NCBI GenBank assembly: GCA_001643675.2
Contig: LSRY02000031.1
Location: forward strand, 558,001 to 622,000
Direction of reading: 5' to 3'
From: Monocercomonoides exilis PA203
Lineage: Eukaryota > Protista > Preaxostyla
Length of the DNA stretch: 64,000 nucleotides
A program made the translations under genes and the position numbers. Below the pieces are notes generated by a model, which searched no databases, was not told the DNA's origin, and saw nothing but the letters and a program-made list of their open reading frames with translations. Below are positions 28,246 to 41,610 of the stretch, one piece after another; the first letter of the stretch is position 1; each line of letters starts with the position of its first letter.

Positions 28246-28454
28246 ATGGATGATCCTTTTTGAAATCATGCTTCCGTTCGAGTTTTGATCAAAATTTTAA
28301 TCTCAATGTGATTTTTATTAAATGAATTATATTGGAAAATACATTCATCTTAAGTTGATGTTTCACAGAAATATTACTTTTACGAAACTCCCATTGAGAT
28401 TTAATTTTTGATCAAAACTCGTTCGAAAGCATGATTTCAAAATGGATCAGCCAT
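28246..28454. mobile_element. Small MITE-like element with ~63-bp imperfect terminal inverted repeats
   Basis: ATGGATGATCCTTTTTGAAATCATGCTTCCGTTCGAGTTTTGATCAAAA..CTCAATG pairs with CATTGAG..TTTTGATCAAAACTCGTTCGAAAGCATGATTTCAAAATGGATCAGCCAT. Confidence 0.7.
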
Positions 28455-28471
28455 ATTATATTATATTATGT

Positions 28472-29440
28472 TAGGGTGAGTTATTTATCATATCCCCTTT
28501 TTTTTATCGGGACCTAAAATTTCTGGCTCTCCGGAGCACTTTTCGAAAAAAATAAATAATAGAAAATTATAAACACATTATTATAAGCTATTCCTGAAAA
28601 TCTTTTTTCATATTTTTATTTTAGTGAAAAGATCTGGTATTTTTTGTTTTATTTTTCAGATCAAAGACTTGCTCGTATTTTCACGAGCTTTTTGTTTTGA
28701 GATTTTTAAGTGTTATTCTTGTTATTAAACATAACTTCTTTACAATTTTGGTTATTTTTCATTGTTAAACACTTCGTTTTTTTATTTCTTTTTCCATTTC
28801 ACTAAATATCGACAAATAGAAGATTTTGAAGTGATATTTGAGTTGCTTTGTTTTTTAATGTTGAGAAATAGTTGAAAAAATGATTGAAATGATCATCACA
28901 AAGATTTTGAAATGAAAGAATGAAATTTGAAGCAAAAAACGCAAAAATACACAAAAACAAGATTTTTTGTAATAAAATCACGATCATAAAAAAGTTTAGA
29001 TTTTCTTCTTTTTGAACACCTTTATGTGTTAATAGTTTTTATATTAAAACTTGAAAAATAATGAAATATTTTGTTTTAATATATGAATTCTTTATTTTGT
29101 CGATATTTAGTGAAATGGAAAAAGAAATAAAAAAACGAAGTGTTTAACAATGAAAAATAACCAAAATTGTAAAGAAGTTATGTTTAATAACAAGAATAAC
29201 ACTTAAAAATCTCAAAACAAAAAGCTCGTGAAAATACGAGCAAGTCTTTGATCTGAAAAATAAAACAAAAAATACCAGATCTTTTCACTAAAATAAAAAT
29301 ATGAAAAAAGATTTTCAGGAATAGCTTATAATAATGTGTTTATAATTTTCTATTATTTATTTTTTTCGAAAAGTGCTCCGGAGAGCCAGAAATTTTAGGT
29401 CCCGATTAATTTTTTGGGTACCGATAAATTTCTGACCCTA
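28472..29440. mobile_element. Non-autonomous foldback element (hAT-like termini TAGGGT(G/C)AG) with 311-bp inverted arms
   Basis: Segment 28506-28816 is the reverse complement of 29096-29406. The ends are TAGGGTGAG and CTGACCCTA. The flanks TATTATGT / TATTATAT are a possible 8-bp TSD with 1 mismatch. There is no ORF. Confidence 0.8.
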
Positions 29441-30122
29441 TATTATATTATATTTTTCATTTTTATTTTGTGGTTAATTGGAAATGTGTGTGATAAACAA
29501 TATTCTTCACTTCACCCATGGGTTAAATCGAAAAGTGGTTTTTTCCATTTAAGTTTCAAATATAATGAAATGTGCTGATGAAGAATACAAAGCTCTTGAA
29601 GATAAAGCTTTTGGACGAAAAGAAGAGGAAGAAGATACAAGCTCCGATATCTAAAACGAAGATGAATTATTGGACTCAGATAGAGTGTGAATATAAGATA
29701 TATCATCAGATGAGAATGAGGAAAGAATTGATTCATCCGAATGGGAAGTCAAAAAAAAATTTCAGATTTTTTCGCAAATGGCTATTAAGAAACAAATAAT
29801 CAATATTCTTTCTTTGATTATTTTTTGTTAAAAATATATTTTTCAACGTGGTTGATAAGAACCATTTGCCAAATAAAGGATTATATATTTTCACAAGGTG
29901 AAGTTTTATTCGAATTGATTGTTAAAAAGAGAAAATTTTGATTATTCGAATTTAGCATTTTGCAATAATAAGCCGGTAACGAATCGTCAAAATTTTATTA
30001 TTTTTCAAAAACCTTTTAATGATAAACTAAAAGCATAATCTTTCAAAAATTTCAAGTATTTACAGAAAATATTATCTTCACTCCAAAAAATATATGAGAA
30101 GTTGTTGATCTGAAAGTTTTTG

Positions 30123-33100
30123 ATGCAGGTTTTTTAATTCAATTTTTCATGTTTTTAAGCAATGAATTTGGAAACAATAATAATTTATATTCGCAATTAT
30201 TTATCATTTGCTGAACTTTTATTTAGTGGAGTCCAAATGCAGATATTCTTGCTCAACTCATAAAAACATTTTCCACATCTGTTATTGCTGATTCCGCGGC
30301 TCAACGCAAACTTTATCAAGTATGAGCATTCATAGAAATCCATCATATATTTATTATTGCATTTGAAGACTTTGTCTCAATGTAAATTATCAATTGTAGA
30401 CTATCCTCTCTATTTGTGCTGGATTTCATTTGATGGAATGCTTGACAATGAAACTATTAGAAAATTTGCTATGACTCAGCTGAAAAATCTGATTTTCGAT
30501 TCTTGCTTTAATTTTAAAGAGGAACAACTCATTTTTTGTAAACATATTGCTTTTGAAAACCTTGGAAATGAAAATGAAAGAACGAGACACATTGCAACCG
30601 TGTTATACTCATCCTTTGTAGAGAAAGAAGGTTCGATATTTTCAAATCGTTAAAAAAAACTTTTTTCAGCGTTTTTTTGAAAAACAGGTTTGAGCGAAAG
30701 TTGGGACTCATTTCAGGCATTAATCAAACTCATGGAGCGCGAAAACTTGCTTGTTGTTGATGGTGCCATGCAAGCGTTTTATATGATCGTTCAGCCAAAA
30801 ATTGCTTCTTTCACGAACAAACAAAATGAAATGTTTGTTAAAAAATTGTGAAAACAAACAAGTGTTTAATAAAACCCAAATCTAAAAAATACTTTTTTAA
30901 ATTTTATATTTTTCTTTTATTTTTGGAATTTTTATACCATGTGAATCTTCAATATTATATTCTGATTTATTTCGAAATGCTATTTATCTTATACAATATT
31001 TCATCATCTCTATTTACAGGATTTTTTCTCTTGTGTATCCTTCTCTCCTGAGGCTTGCCAATGATCCTACTCATGCGAACCTACAGGCTCATGCATTTGA
31101 GATCATCTATTTATTTGTCTGTAACAGCCCGCCTTCGTTTTTCTCTTCTCTTCCGACTCTTCTGCCAATTCTTTTTGCACATCGCATATCGCCTTCCCCG
31201 CTTATCCGCAAGTGCATCATCCGCTCATTCACAAAGCTCGTCCAGATTTCTGCTTTATCTTCTTCCTCTTCCTTTTCTTCTTCTTCTTCTTTTTCCCCTT
31301 CTTCTTCTCAGACAATCACAGCTTCATCAACAACACAGCAGCCTCAACAGCAGTCCCAGCAGCCCGATGCCATTGCCCGCCTGCTGCTCCCCGGGCTGGC
31401 TGAGCTCATCGCCCATATCCTCTCTGCCATGACCGACGCCGATGCCGACGTGCGCCTGGCAGCCTGCGACTTCTGGAGCGAAATGGCAGACAACGAGGCG
31501 ATTGCGACTAGCGAGGCAGTCACAAGCAGACTGGGCGATATCATCGTGATGGTAGTGAGCCGCATAAAGATGAGCAGAGATGAGCTGGCAGAGGAGATGC
31601 CGTTCTTCAGGGACGATGCAGATGTGGCAGACAGGGACACAGACGTACCTGTGGCGTTTGGCGCGGTGAGGGCAAAGGGAGGCGGGAGAAGCTGGGTGGG
31701 AGGAGGAGGAGGAGGAGGAGGAGGAGGAGGAGGAGGAGGAGGAGAGAATGATAACGATAACTATGACGACGGCGAAGACGACGATGAAGAAGAATTTGAG
31801 GATGAGGCATTCAACAAGTTTGGGGACTCGGCAGAAGATGGAGAGGATGATGTGATGTTCAAACAGACGAATGGCATGTGGACGGAAAGGACGAGCTGCC
31901 TGTTGGCGCTGCAGATGTTCTGCATTGTCTACGGCACGGCACTCACTCAGCCGATCATTCAGATCCTGGGGGTGATGTTTGTATGCGATGCCTTTGATTA
32001 TTTTTGATTTGTTTTTTTAAATTTTTTAAATTTCAATTTTATTTGAAAATATTTTTTGTTTTTCTTTCTTTTTTTCCCTTCTTTTTTAATTAATCTATTA
32101 TCTTTTTCTTATTAACAATCCATCCAAAAAATAAAATAAAATAAAATAAAATAAAATAGGCTCTATCCTCTGCCCCTTCTTCCCAGCCCTCTTTTTCCCC
32201 TTCTGTTTCACCAGCCATTCAATCACTGCTCATTTCACCTGACGAGCCGAATTGGCTTTTGTCTGAATCTGCGCTTGTGATAATCGGTTTCATCTGCCAT
32301 TATCGTGTGGAGATCTTTGCCCCTGTCACTTCATCCACTTCACCTTTCCCATCACCTTCAGGTGCTGCTTCTTTTCCTTCTCCTTCTCCTCAAACAACCT
32401 CATCACCAACTTCTTCTTCCTCTTCCTCTTCCTATCTTCTTGGAATAGCTGGCTGGATTCTCTCTTTGGCTGCCTCTTCTCCTCACCCAATGATCCGCAT
32501 GCGGTGCAATTGGTGTTTGGGATACCTGTCACGCTGGCTGAGCGGGCCGATCGGAAAAGAAGAAGACGACAGAGAAAAAGCGAAGATTTTGAGGAGAAGA
32601 GAAAGAAGAAGGAAAGCAGGGGGTGTTAGCGATAACGATGATGAAGATGATGATGATGAAGACAGCAATGAGGAAGACTTTGGAGGAGGAGGAGGAGGAG
32701 GAGGCATTTCTTCACTTGGAGATTATGACAGCTCATCTTCCGTGCAGTGTCCGACAATCAACAAGATGGGTTCACTGATCACTCTCCACACATACAACAG
32801 AAGAAACACGAACGACGCCGAGACAGAGATTCCTTTCGCTCCAGACTTGTCTCTTCTGGAAAGAGCAATACAGACGCTGTGCAGAGGATGGCAGGACAGG
32901 AACAAAAGGGTGCAGCGGGCGGCCTCGTGTGCAATGAAGAAGATTGTGGGCGCTGTGAAGGAGAAGATCAGTCTTTTCATCACCACAATCATCCCAGCTG
33001 CCTTTGCGTCGCTCGAAATCTGCTCGAAGAGGAACCTACTGTTCCTCATTCATGTGCTCACGCCTGTGTTTTCGTACTGCCCGCTCCCTCTTCAGAGCCA

Positions 33101-34646
33101 GGAATCTCTTTCAGTCATCTTCAATTCCGTCTGCCAGCGTATCCAAAAGGCAGTGGCGAGGAACGAAGAAAAGACGGCGGAGCATCTGGTGAGCTTTCTG
33201 GATAGCATCATCCAAATGGCTGGCTCGTTTTCCTCTCCCTTTGCAGCGATGCTGGTGAAAGTGCTGTTTGACTACATGGCACAGATTGTGGAGTGGAAGA
33301 AGAAAGAAGCAGAGAGAATAAGAGTTAAAAAGGAGATGAATGCACAAAGCATACAAAGTGCGCAGAACGGAGAAATAGCTGCTTTTGGAAGCACATCCGG
33401 AGAAACTCTGCCTCCTCAGCCTCTTTTTGCATTCAGTGAAGACGACGACATGCAAACAGACCTGCTGGTTACTCCGCTTAACTGCCTGGATACACTCATT
33501 TCTTCTGCCGGCTTGCCTTCTCTTTCTTCTCTTTCTTTGGACTCTCTTCATTCGGTGCTGCTGTACTGCCTCAGCCTGCGCCATGTGAATGTGTTCTCTG
33601 CCACATGTGCTGTGATTGCATCGATTGCTAAGCAGAATGTGGGGCTGCTGAACCCGATTTTGGCAGAGACACTTTCTTCCATCTCGACTTTTCTGACAGA
33701 AGAAGCAGAGAAAACAGGCTGCAATTCTTCTTCTTCTTCTTCTGCTGCTGCATCTGCTTCTACAAGCACTTTATCGTCGTCATCTTCTTCTTCATCTTCC
33801 AGAACAAAGTTGAAATACTTGCCTCCTTCACTTGGCAATGTTGTGTGGTGTTTAAGTGAAGTGATTGTCGCATTAGGAGCCTCCTTCACGTTTGACAAGC
33901 AGCTTCTGATTAAACAGCTTCTTGTTTTCTTCAGCTGCGACACAAAGACAACAGTTGACGATGATCACCCGTTTATGCGAGTGAAGAAGCACAGAAAGAA
34001 AGGAAACATAATAAATGTGGGAGGAATGAATGAACTGTCAGTGATGTCATCATCATCATCATCTTCTTCATCATCCTCTGATCAATCATCGAATTACGAG
34101 ACATTTTCTCCCTGGCAGCACGAAGAGACCACTGCCACCCTCACAAACATTGCTGAGTGTTGTGCTCGCATCGCCTTGTTTTCTCCTGCTGAGGTGGCAG
34201 CTGTTGTGTCGCAGTATTCTGTCCCGCCTCGCCAAAACCCAGCTTTCATGTTCAAATTGGAGAAGAGTGAAGACGAAGAGTACGAGGCGCTGGTGAATGC
34301 CCTGCCTCGGCTTGTTCCTTCTCCCTCGGCGGTGAGGCTGTGGCTGGCGTATCTGTCACACTACACAGCAGACACAGCGAGTGAGCAGCTTGTTGCATTT
34401 TCGGGGATAACAAAGGCAATTTCTTCTTCTCCTCAGCTGTTTTTCCCTGAGTTGTCTTCTGTTCTGAGGATGTATGCCAGCTGGAAGGGAGGAGAGGTGG
34501 AAAGTGGGCTGAAGGAGGCTGTGAAAGGGATTTTGATGATGTTTAAGAAAAAAGGGGAAGAACAAGGTGCTTGGAATGAGTTTTATGCAAGAAGGATAAG
34601 TGCGAAGGAGAGGAAGAAGTTGAAAAAATTCTTTGATTTTGAATGA
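30123..34646 (+). CDS. TNPO1: Transportin-1 (karyopherin beta-2), multi-exon
   Basis: The N-terminus is MQ|WSPNADILAQL. Later blocks are DADVRLAACDFWSEMA, an acidic H8 loop (DVADRDTDV...), WTERTSCLLAL, MIRMRCNWCLGYLSRW, QDRNKRVQRAASCA, KRNLLFL and TNIAECCARIALFSPAEVA. All are colinear with known transportin motifs. Confidence 0.85.
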
Positions 34647-35091
34647 AAAGAAGAGAAGAAAGGAAAAAAGAAGTTATTTATAAAAAAAATTAGGGTATTT
34701 TTTTCTTTAAAAACAGAAAGAAATGCAAAGAAATGCATTGAAGTTTCACTTCACATTCTTTTTTCCAAACAAAAAGAAAAAGGAATGTGAAGCATTCATC
34801 ACTTCAGAAAAAAAAAAAAAAAATGAATGCTTCAATGCAGTTTTCTTTGCAATTAGTATTTATTTCTTTTTCTTCTCTTCTTCTCAAAATTTTCAATTCA
34901 CTATTCAAAATTCAAAGTTCATTGCGTTTTGTGAAATGAATTGCAAACACAATGAAAAATATTTTCAAAATAAGTGAAATTTTTCTTAGCAATTTCAAAT
35001 TAAAAATGCATGGAAAAAGAAAAACAATATTCAAATTGCCTCATTGTCGAGTTAAACAACAGCACATTTCCCTGATATTTTCATTTTGTTT

Positions 35092-36865
35092 TTAAAAATC
35101 TGAAAATCTGAAGATATTGAGAGAAAATGAAAGAGTGAATGAAAAAGGAAAATTTGAAATCATTTTGACATTTGAAGAGCAAATAGCGTTATTTTATTAG
35201 AAAACAAAAATTTCAAATTTCAAATTTTGTAAACACAAAAAATAAATATACGCAAACCTGACAGCTTTTCTAACAGAACAAGTGTATCCTTCTTTGAACT
35301 TGTATGCGACAATTGGTTTTGTCCACGCTGCACTTAAAGGCTGAAGGATTTGTGAGATCTGATGTTGAGCAGCGGATTGAGGATTTCGAGAAGAAGAAGA
35401 AGAATAAGAGGAAGAGGAAGAGGAAGAAAAAGATGATGCTGAAGGAAACAGTTTTGATAGGTTATTTAATTCTTGTCTCTTGTTGTTGAAAGGAGAAGAA
35501 AGAGAAGATCTATTTGAAGATATCGCATTTTCACTGATATTCTGCAACTGCTCTACGGTTTTCATTCCTTCTTTTTCTCCTTCTTTTGCATTTCCTTCTT
35601 TTCCCTCATTTCTATTATTAACATCTTTCTCTTTCTTCTTCTCCATCTTCTTCATTATTCCTATTTCTGCTCTTCTCATCTGCTCAATCTCTATCAAATG
35701 TGACAGAAGCTGTTTTTTGCTTGAAGGCAGATCAGCTTCGGGGTTCAGCGTCATCAGCGGATTAAGTTGACTGGGAAAAGGTTATATTAAAAATGGCAAA
35801 TAAAAGAAAAGAAAAATGTAAATTTCCGAATGAAAAACATGACAGATTATAAACAATTCAATCAAAACAGCAAGAAAAAAATATTTTTCGTTTTATTATT
35901 TCTATTTTCATTAATCTGGTTTTTCATTTCTCTCTCCAAAAAATAAAATAAAATAAAAATAAAAATTATATTTTCATTCAATCTCTCTTTCTCTCAAATA
36001 TAAAACATACGGTTCCATCACATATTCAGCCCCAGCCTGTTTGAATGAGATGCCATAGTCTGCAAAAATAGCCACAACACGCTGCAAGCCGCTCTGCTGT
36101 GTAGAAGTTGAATACATCATGGCCGTGTCTGAAGAGCCATCTTTCTTTGCATTGAGGAATGATAAAGAAGAGGCAAGAAGAGAAGAAGAAGAAGAGGAAG
36201 AAAAAGAAGAAAGAATGGAATTTGCATTTGAAAACGAAGTATTTGAAGTGTAAAGCGGGGGGAAACAGATCAGAGGCAGATACTTCAGAATCTGCTGAGC
36301 AGACGAAAGAGAAGAAGAGGAAGAAGGCTGCACTGTGAATGAAGCCGAGGTGGTAAGAGCAGAAGAAGAAGACGTGTTGATTCCACATTCGCCACTCACA
36401 TAGGGACGAATATGCGGTTGGATTCCACTCAAAAAGCGACGAAGGCGAGAAAGAGAGTCAGACACGGCAAAGGAAAGATCTCTGAGGAGGAAAGGAGGAG
36501 GAGCAGTGAATTGATGGTGGGAAGGAGAGGGAAGAGAAGGTTTTGAGTGGAAGAGAAGAGAAGAAGAGGAAGAGGAGGAGGAGGAAGAAGATGATGAATA
36601 AGTATCTGTCTTTTTTTGAGAGGCAGAAGGAGTAGCTGCAATGTGGAAGCGAGCAGAAAGATAAGGAAGCAAGCGAAGAGACGAAAAAGACTGTTTTGTC
36701 TTTGCAGAACGGGAAAATGTGTCAGAAAACGAGGCGATTTCGTCAAGTTCAGACATCACTTCCAGCTGGTGGAGTGTTTGTGAAGGGGAAAGAGTAGAAT
36801 AAGAAGAAGAGGAGGAGGAGGAAGAGGAAGAAGAACCGAAAGAAGAAGTCTTTTGTGAATTGAAT

Positions 36866-36900
<35 letters not shown>

Positions 36901-37321
36901 AGAAGAAAACGATGAAGATGACGATGAATAATTCTGCTGATTTGGATTCCATTTGTGGAAAGCATATGGAAATGAGCACCACATCCACTCCATCACTCTC
37001 TCTGGCTCCAAAGAGACAGATGCCGAAGAAGAAGAAGAAGTCGTCGAAGACGATGACATTGTCAAAATACGCGAAATATCCTCAAAATTGCAGAGAATGT
37101 TTGGAGTGAAGACTAAATTGATGATGTCAAACATGCCAAACCGGGAAAACTTCTGCAGTTGTTCTCTTCTTTTCTCGGCTTCCTTCTGCTTTTCTCTTCT
37201 TTTTTTCTCTTCTTCAATCGCTTCTCTTTCTCTCTCCATTCTCCTCATCTGCCTTTTGTTCCGCAGAAAGAACACATTTCGCCTCGCATCGCTCATTTTG
37301 AGTATTTCATCCACATTTCCA

Positions 37322-37356
<35 letters not shown>

Positions 37357-40300
37357 TTCATCTTCATCATCATCTCCCTCACTTTCTTCTCCTTTCCCTT
37401 CTTTTCCTCCTCCTCCTCCTCCAAGAATCCTCCTCCTTCCAAACTCCATCTCTTCTCCTCCATACACTTCCTTATCATCGTCTCCATCGTCTTCTTCATC
37501 TTCTCCTATGCTTCCATACCTTCCACTCAACGATTGAATAATAATCTCTCCATTTCTATTTCTCTTCCTTTTCTCCTTCTGCTCCTTCAAAATGTCAATC
37601 ATCTTTCGCTCTTCTTCAGCTGCTTTCTTCTTCTCCTTCTGCTCTTTTTCAATTTGCTTTTGTTTCTTCTTCTTTTCTTTCTTCATTTTGCCTTCTTCAT
37701 CACCTTCCTCTTCCTCTTCTTCACTACTACTGCTGCTTTCATCATCATCCTCTTCTTCCTCTTCCTCTCCTTCCTCTTTCTTCCTCTTCATCTCCTCTTC
37801 TTCCCCTTCCTCTCTGCACCCCCTCCTCAGCTGTATCTCATTCAAAACTGCTCTCACATCTCCGTTCTTCTCCTTCAAAAGAGCATCACAGCCAGAAATG
37901 CTAAAAGGAAGGTTCTCCTTCTGGCAGATGAACTGAATGCGCTTGAGAAGAGGAGAAGAAGTGTATGTGATCGTTGGGGTGAGCAAGGAGCTGGTGAATG
38001 AAGAGGAAAAAGCAGAAGACAAGTACAAAGACGAACGGAGAAGAGAAGAAGAAGAAGAAGAAGAAGAAGCTCTTTCGGGTGTTGCAAAGGGCTTAAATTG
38101 GAGATGGCGGGCAACGCGAAGAAGAGGGCGGATGAGGGGATTATACGGATCGTTGCAAATGATGATGATGGGACGAGACAATTGTACATAATTATTCTTT
38201 TGATTGGACTTTTTGTTGAATTTGGAAGCAAGTGAAGTTATCTTCATTCTCTTTTTTGCTGAGGCTTTTTCATTCTCGTCTTCATCTTCACTGCTTGAAC
38301 TTCCTTCGTTTTCTTCTTCTTCTTCTTCATTTGCACCTTTATTCCCCTCCTCCTTCTGCTTCCCTCCCTTTTGCCCCTTTGCGCCCCCTTTTCCTCCGTT
38401 CTCTCCATTCTTCCTCTTCTTCTTCTTCAGCTTCCCTTCGCACAAGTCAACAAGCATTTGTATTCCTCTCACTTCTTTCTCAGTCGAGCGCAGCGCATCC
38501 AGCTCATCCACAATCACACACACTGGCTTCATCAGCTCGCTGGCATCCAAAGTGACTGATGTTTGAGAAGAAGAAGAAGAAGAAGAGAAGGAAGAAGAGG
38601 AAGAGGAAGATGAAGAAGAAGAGAAAGGCAGTATATTCCTTCTGGTTGCATTCAGCTTCAAAGACTCGCTTTCCACAATGTCCAAAATCTTCTCTGTCAG
38701 ATTGCTTTCTCTCTCTCTCTCTCTTTCACCTCCATTTTCTCCTTCTCCCTCGTTTCTCTCCACTGCAACAAGACTGCTCCCTCCCTTTCCTCCTCCTCCT
38801 CCTCTTCTGCCTTTCGCCTTGTCCTTCGCAGAAGCCTCTTTGTCTTTCTTCCTCCCGCCTGCCATTTCATTCGCATTCACATCAACCACACGATACCCTG
38901 CATGCCTCGCTATTACACGTGCAGCTGTCGTCTTTCCTGTGCCTGGGGGGCCAGAAAGAATGACAATCTTGTTTTAATATAAATGAGAGAAAGAGTGAGA
39001 AAGGGAAAGAGAAAGAGAAAGAAAGAAAGAGATAAAGATAAAGAAAGTGAATTTAGGAATTTGAAAAAAAAATTATAGAGTTATTTTTTTGAGAAAGGGA
39101 GTATGGGTTGATATTAATTAATTAAATGTTTATTTGTTTGTTTGTTTGTTGAAATAGATGATTACGATGGTTGGTTACAGCATGATGAATAATTTGAATG
39201 TCAATTTGTTTCAAATTCACAATTTCAGCAATTTCAAACGCGCATTTCAGATTTGAGAAATAAGTGAAAAAAGAAAATAAATGGTATTTAAAAAAGAAAA
39301 TAAAAAAAAGATTATGTTAAACATATCAAACAATAACAGTGAAAAAAAAATATCACACCTTTTGAATTGGCCTCCCATCTTCGCCCAGCAATGTCTCATA
39401 TTCCGTAGGCGGCTGATTCGCCTGTTTTCCATCTCCGTTCTTCCACCCGCCTCTCCACCCGCTGCCTTCAAACTTCCTCTCACCTCTTCCTGCCATCTCA
39501 CCCTGCTTATACGGTCTGTTAGCTTGTTCGCCTCTGAAATTTGTGCTTTCTCTTGTTCCTTCCTCTGCCTCCTCCTCCTGCTGCTGCTTTTGGAGCGCAA
39601 TGACCTTCTCGCTCGTCTTCTTCTGGTTTCCGAAGAATCCTGAAGGAGACTTAGCTGAATACGGAAGAGACGAACTCGAAGGCAAAGAAGAACGATAATT
39701 GGTCTGCGGAGCGACTGCTGAGCTTCTGCTGCTGAGCTCATTCGCCTTTCCTGCCTGGAAACTCCCTGTTTTTCCGTATTTGCCGCTTCCTTTCCAACTC
39801 TCATTGCTAAATTGCCCTGTTCTTTCTCTGGTGAATCCCTTGTAATCACCTCCTGCTCGTGTGTTCCACTCAAATTTGCGAGGAAAAGGTGCATTCAGCG
39901 GACGGGGCTTAATAGAGAGAGGCCTGTGAAAGGCTACAGGATCCCATGTTTTCAGCCATCGGAGCAGTTCCACATTCAAATCCTGATAGTTTTGATAAAA
40001 GTTAATGTTTGGCATGTATAAGCAATCAAAGAAATGGAAAAAAATATAATTTAATTGCAAAGAATATTATTCAATAAAAAAGAATTTATAAAAAAAAGGC
40101 TTATATAGCATCTAAAAGCATTCATTTTCAGATAAATAGCATATTATTCCATACAGGATTTGTTATAAGTTCTGAAAATTTTCGAGGTTCATATTTTTCA
40201 ACAAGCAAACGCGAGGCATCGTGCAACTCTAACTTTTTTCCAATTGGAATGCTTTTTGGATCATTTTGTTGCAACTTTGAAAATGCAGTTTTTTCTCTTT

Positions 40301-40894
40301 TCTTCTGTTTCTTTGCACGCTTTTCTTCAATCGCAATTTCTTGTATGATCTTATTGTTCAAAAACAGCGAAATTTTGTTGATACAAGCAATATTACAATA
40401 AAATTTAAACAATTTGCACTTGATAAATAATGAAACTTACAAACATTCTCTTGTATGTCTTCCATTAGAATATGTATTTTTTTAAACATTCCTTTGTCGA
40501 TTTGATCTCTTCCTTTTTCTGAAGATAAAGAAATAAACTGTTGGGAAGTTTGTGCATGCTTGCTTTCACTTTGCTTGTTTTTTAAACAAACATTTGAAAA
40601 GTTCAAAAATAACGGATTTTTTGCTGCAAGATCAAAATGGAGTTCTTTCAACCAAAAGCGCGACGCTTTCGGAAGTAACTCTCCATAAGAATTTATTTCT
40701 GTCTTCTCATTGTTGCTGTCAAATCTGTCGAATGTTGGATCAGCATATGGAAACACACATGTGATGGAAAGCGGACCAGAGCATGATTCGCGTTCTTTTT
40801 TTGTAATTATTGGCTCGAATCCAAGAGGTTCCCATGGAGCATCTAGTGTTGTAATTCCTTCTCTTGATTCACCATCGCGTGAAGAGAAACTCAT
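35092..40894 (-). CDS. CTF18: Chromosome transmission fidelity protein 18 (alternative RFC large subunit), multi-exon; start may extend to ~41063
   Basis: Motifs are LLVEKYEPRKFSELI, NVELLRWLKTWD, Walker A ILSGPPGTGKTTAARVIARHAGY, Walker B VIVDELD and RPIIIICNDPY. The C-terminal Dcc1-binding motif is YKFKEGYTCSVRKAVR|FSDF*. Confidence 0.9.
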
Positions 40895-41610
40895 TTATAT
40901 AAACACAGTTTCTTTCAAATTTGATTTTGTTCAAATAATGATAAAAATGTTATGGTTTCAGAATTGATTTTTTATTATTGACACAATCATAAACCTGATA
41001 AACCAGAATGAGCATTCAATTTTTTCGATTATACGGATATAACCTTGAATAATTTGGCTTCATTAAAATGAAACTGAAACAGAAAATGAAAAAAGAATAT
41101 GGGCAAAAATTTTTGCATTATGAAAAAACCTTCTATTTGTTCCATTCTTTTTCTTCAATCATTTCATTAAAAATCAATCGCAACGATGCAAAAAATTACT
41201 GAAAAATTCTCAAATTGAGAAAATAAATTACGAAAATATTGAATGGAACAAAATTCATAAATCAAAATATTTTTTTCCATATCTCTTTCCTTCATTAGCA
41301 GTGATGTATCACAAATAGACGGAAAAAAACTGTTTGTACTGTTGTTAATAATATCTTCCCGTTAAAAAATGATAGCATTAACATTTAAAGAAAGAAATTA
41401 ATAAATATTGAAATAATCAAATATTCATTTTTTTTCATTAACTTTTTTATTCTTTAATGTGTGAAGGAATTTTGTCGCAGTTATTTTATTTTCATATCAT
41501 CTCCTCAATCAACATTCAGTTTTTTCACAAAAATGTTATCTATTCGTGAATATAGTTATTCTTTTTAACATGAAAAAAAAATTATTTATATAAATTATTC
41601 TTTAGAAATT

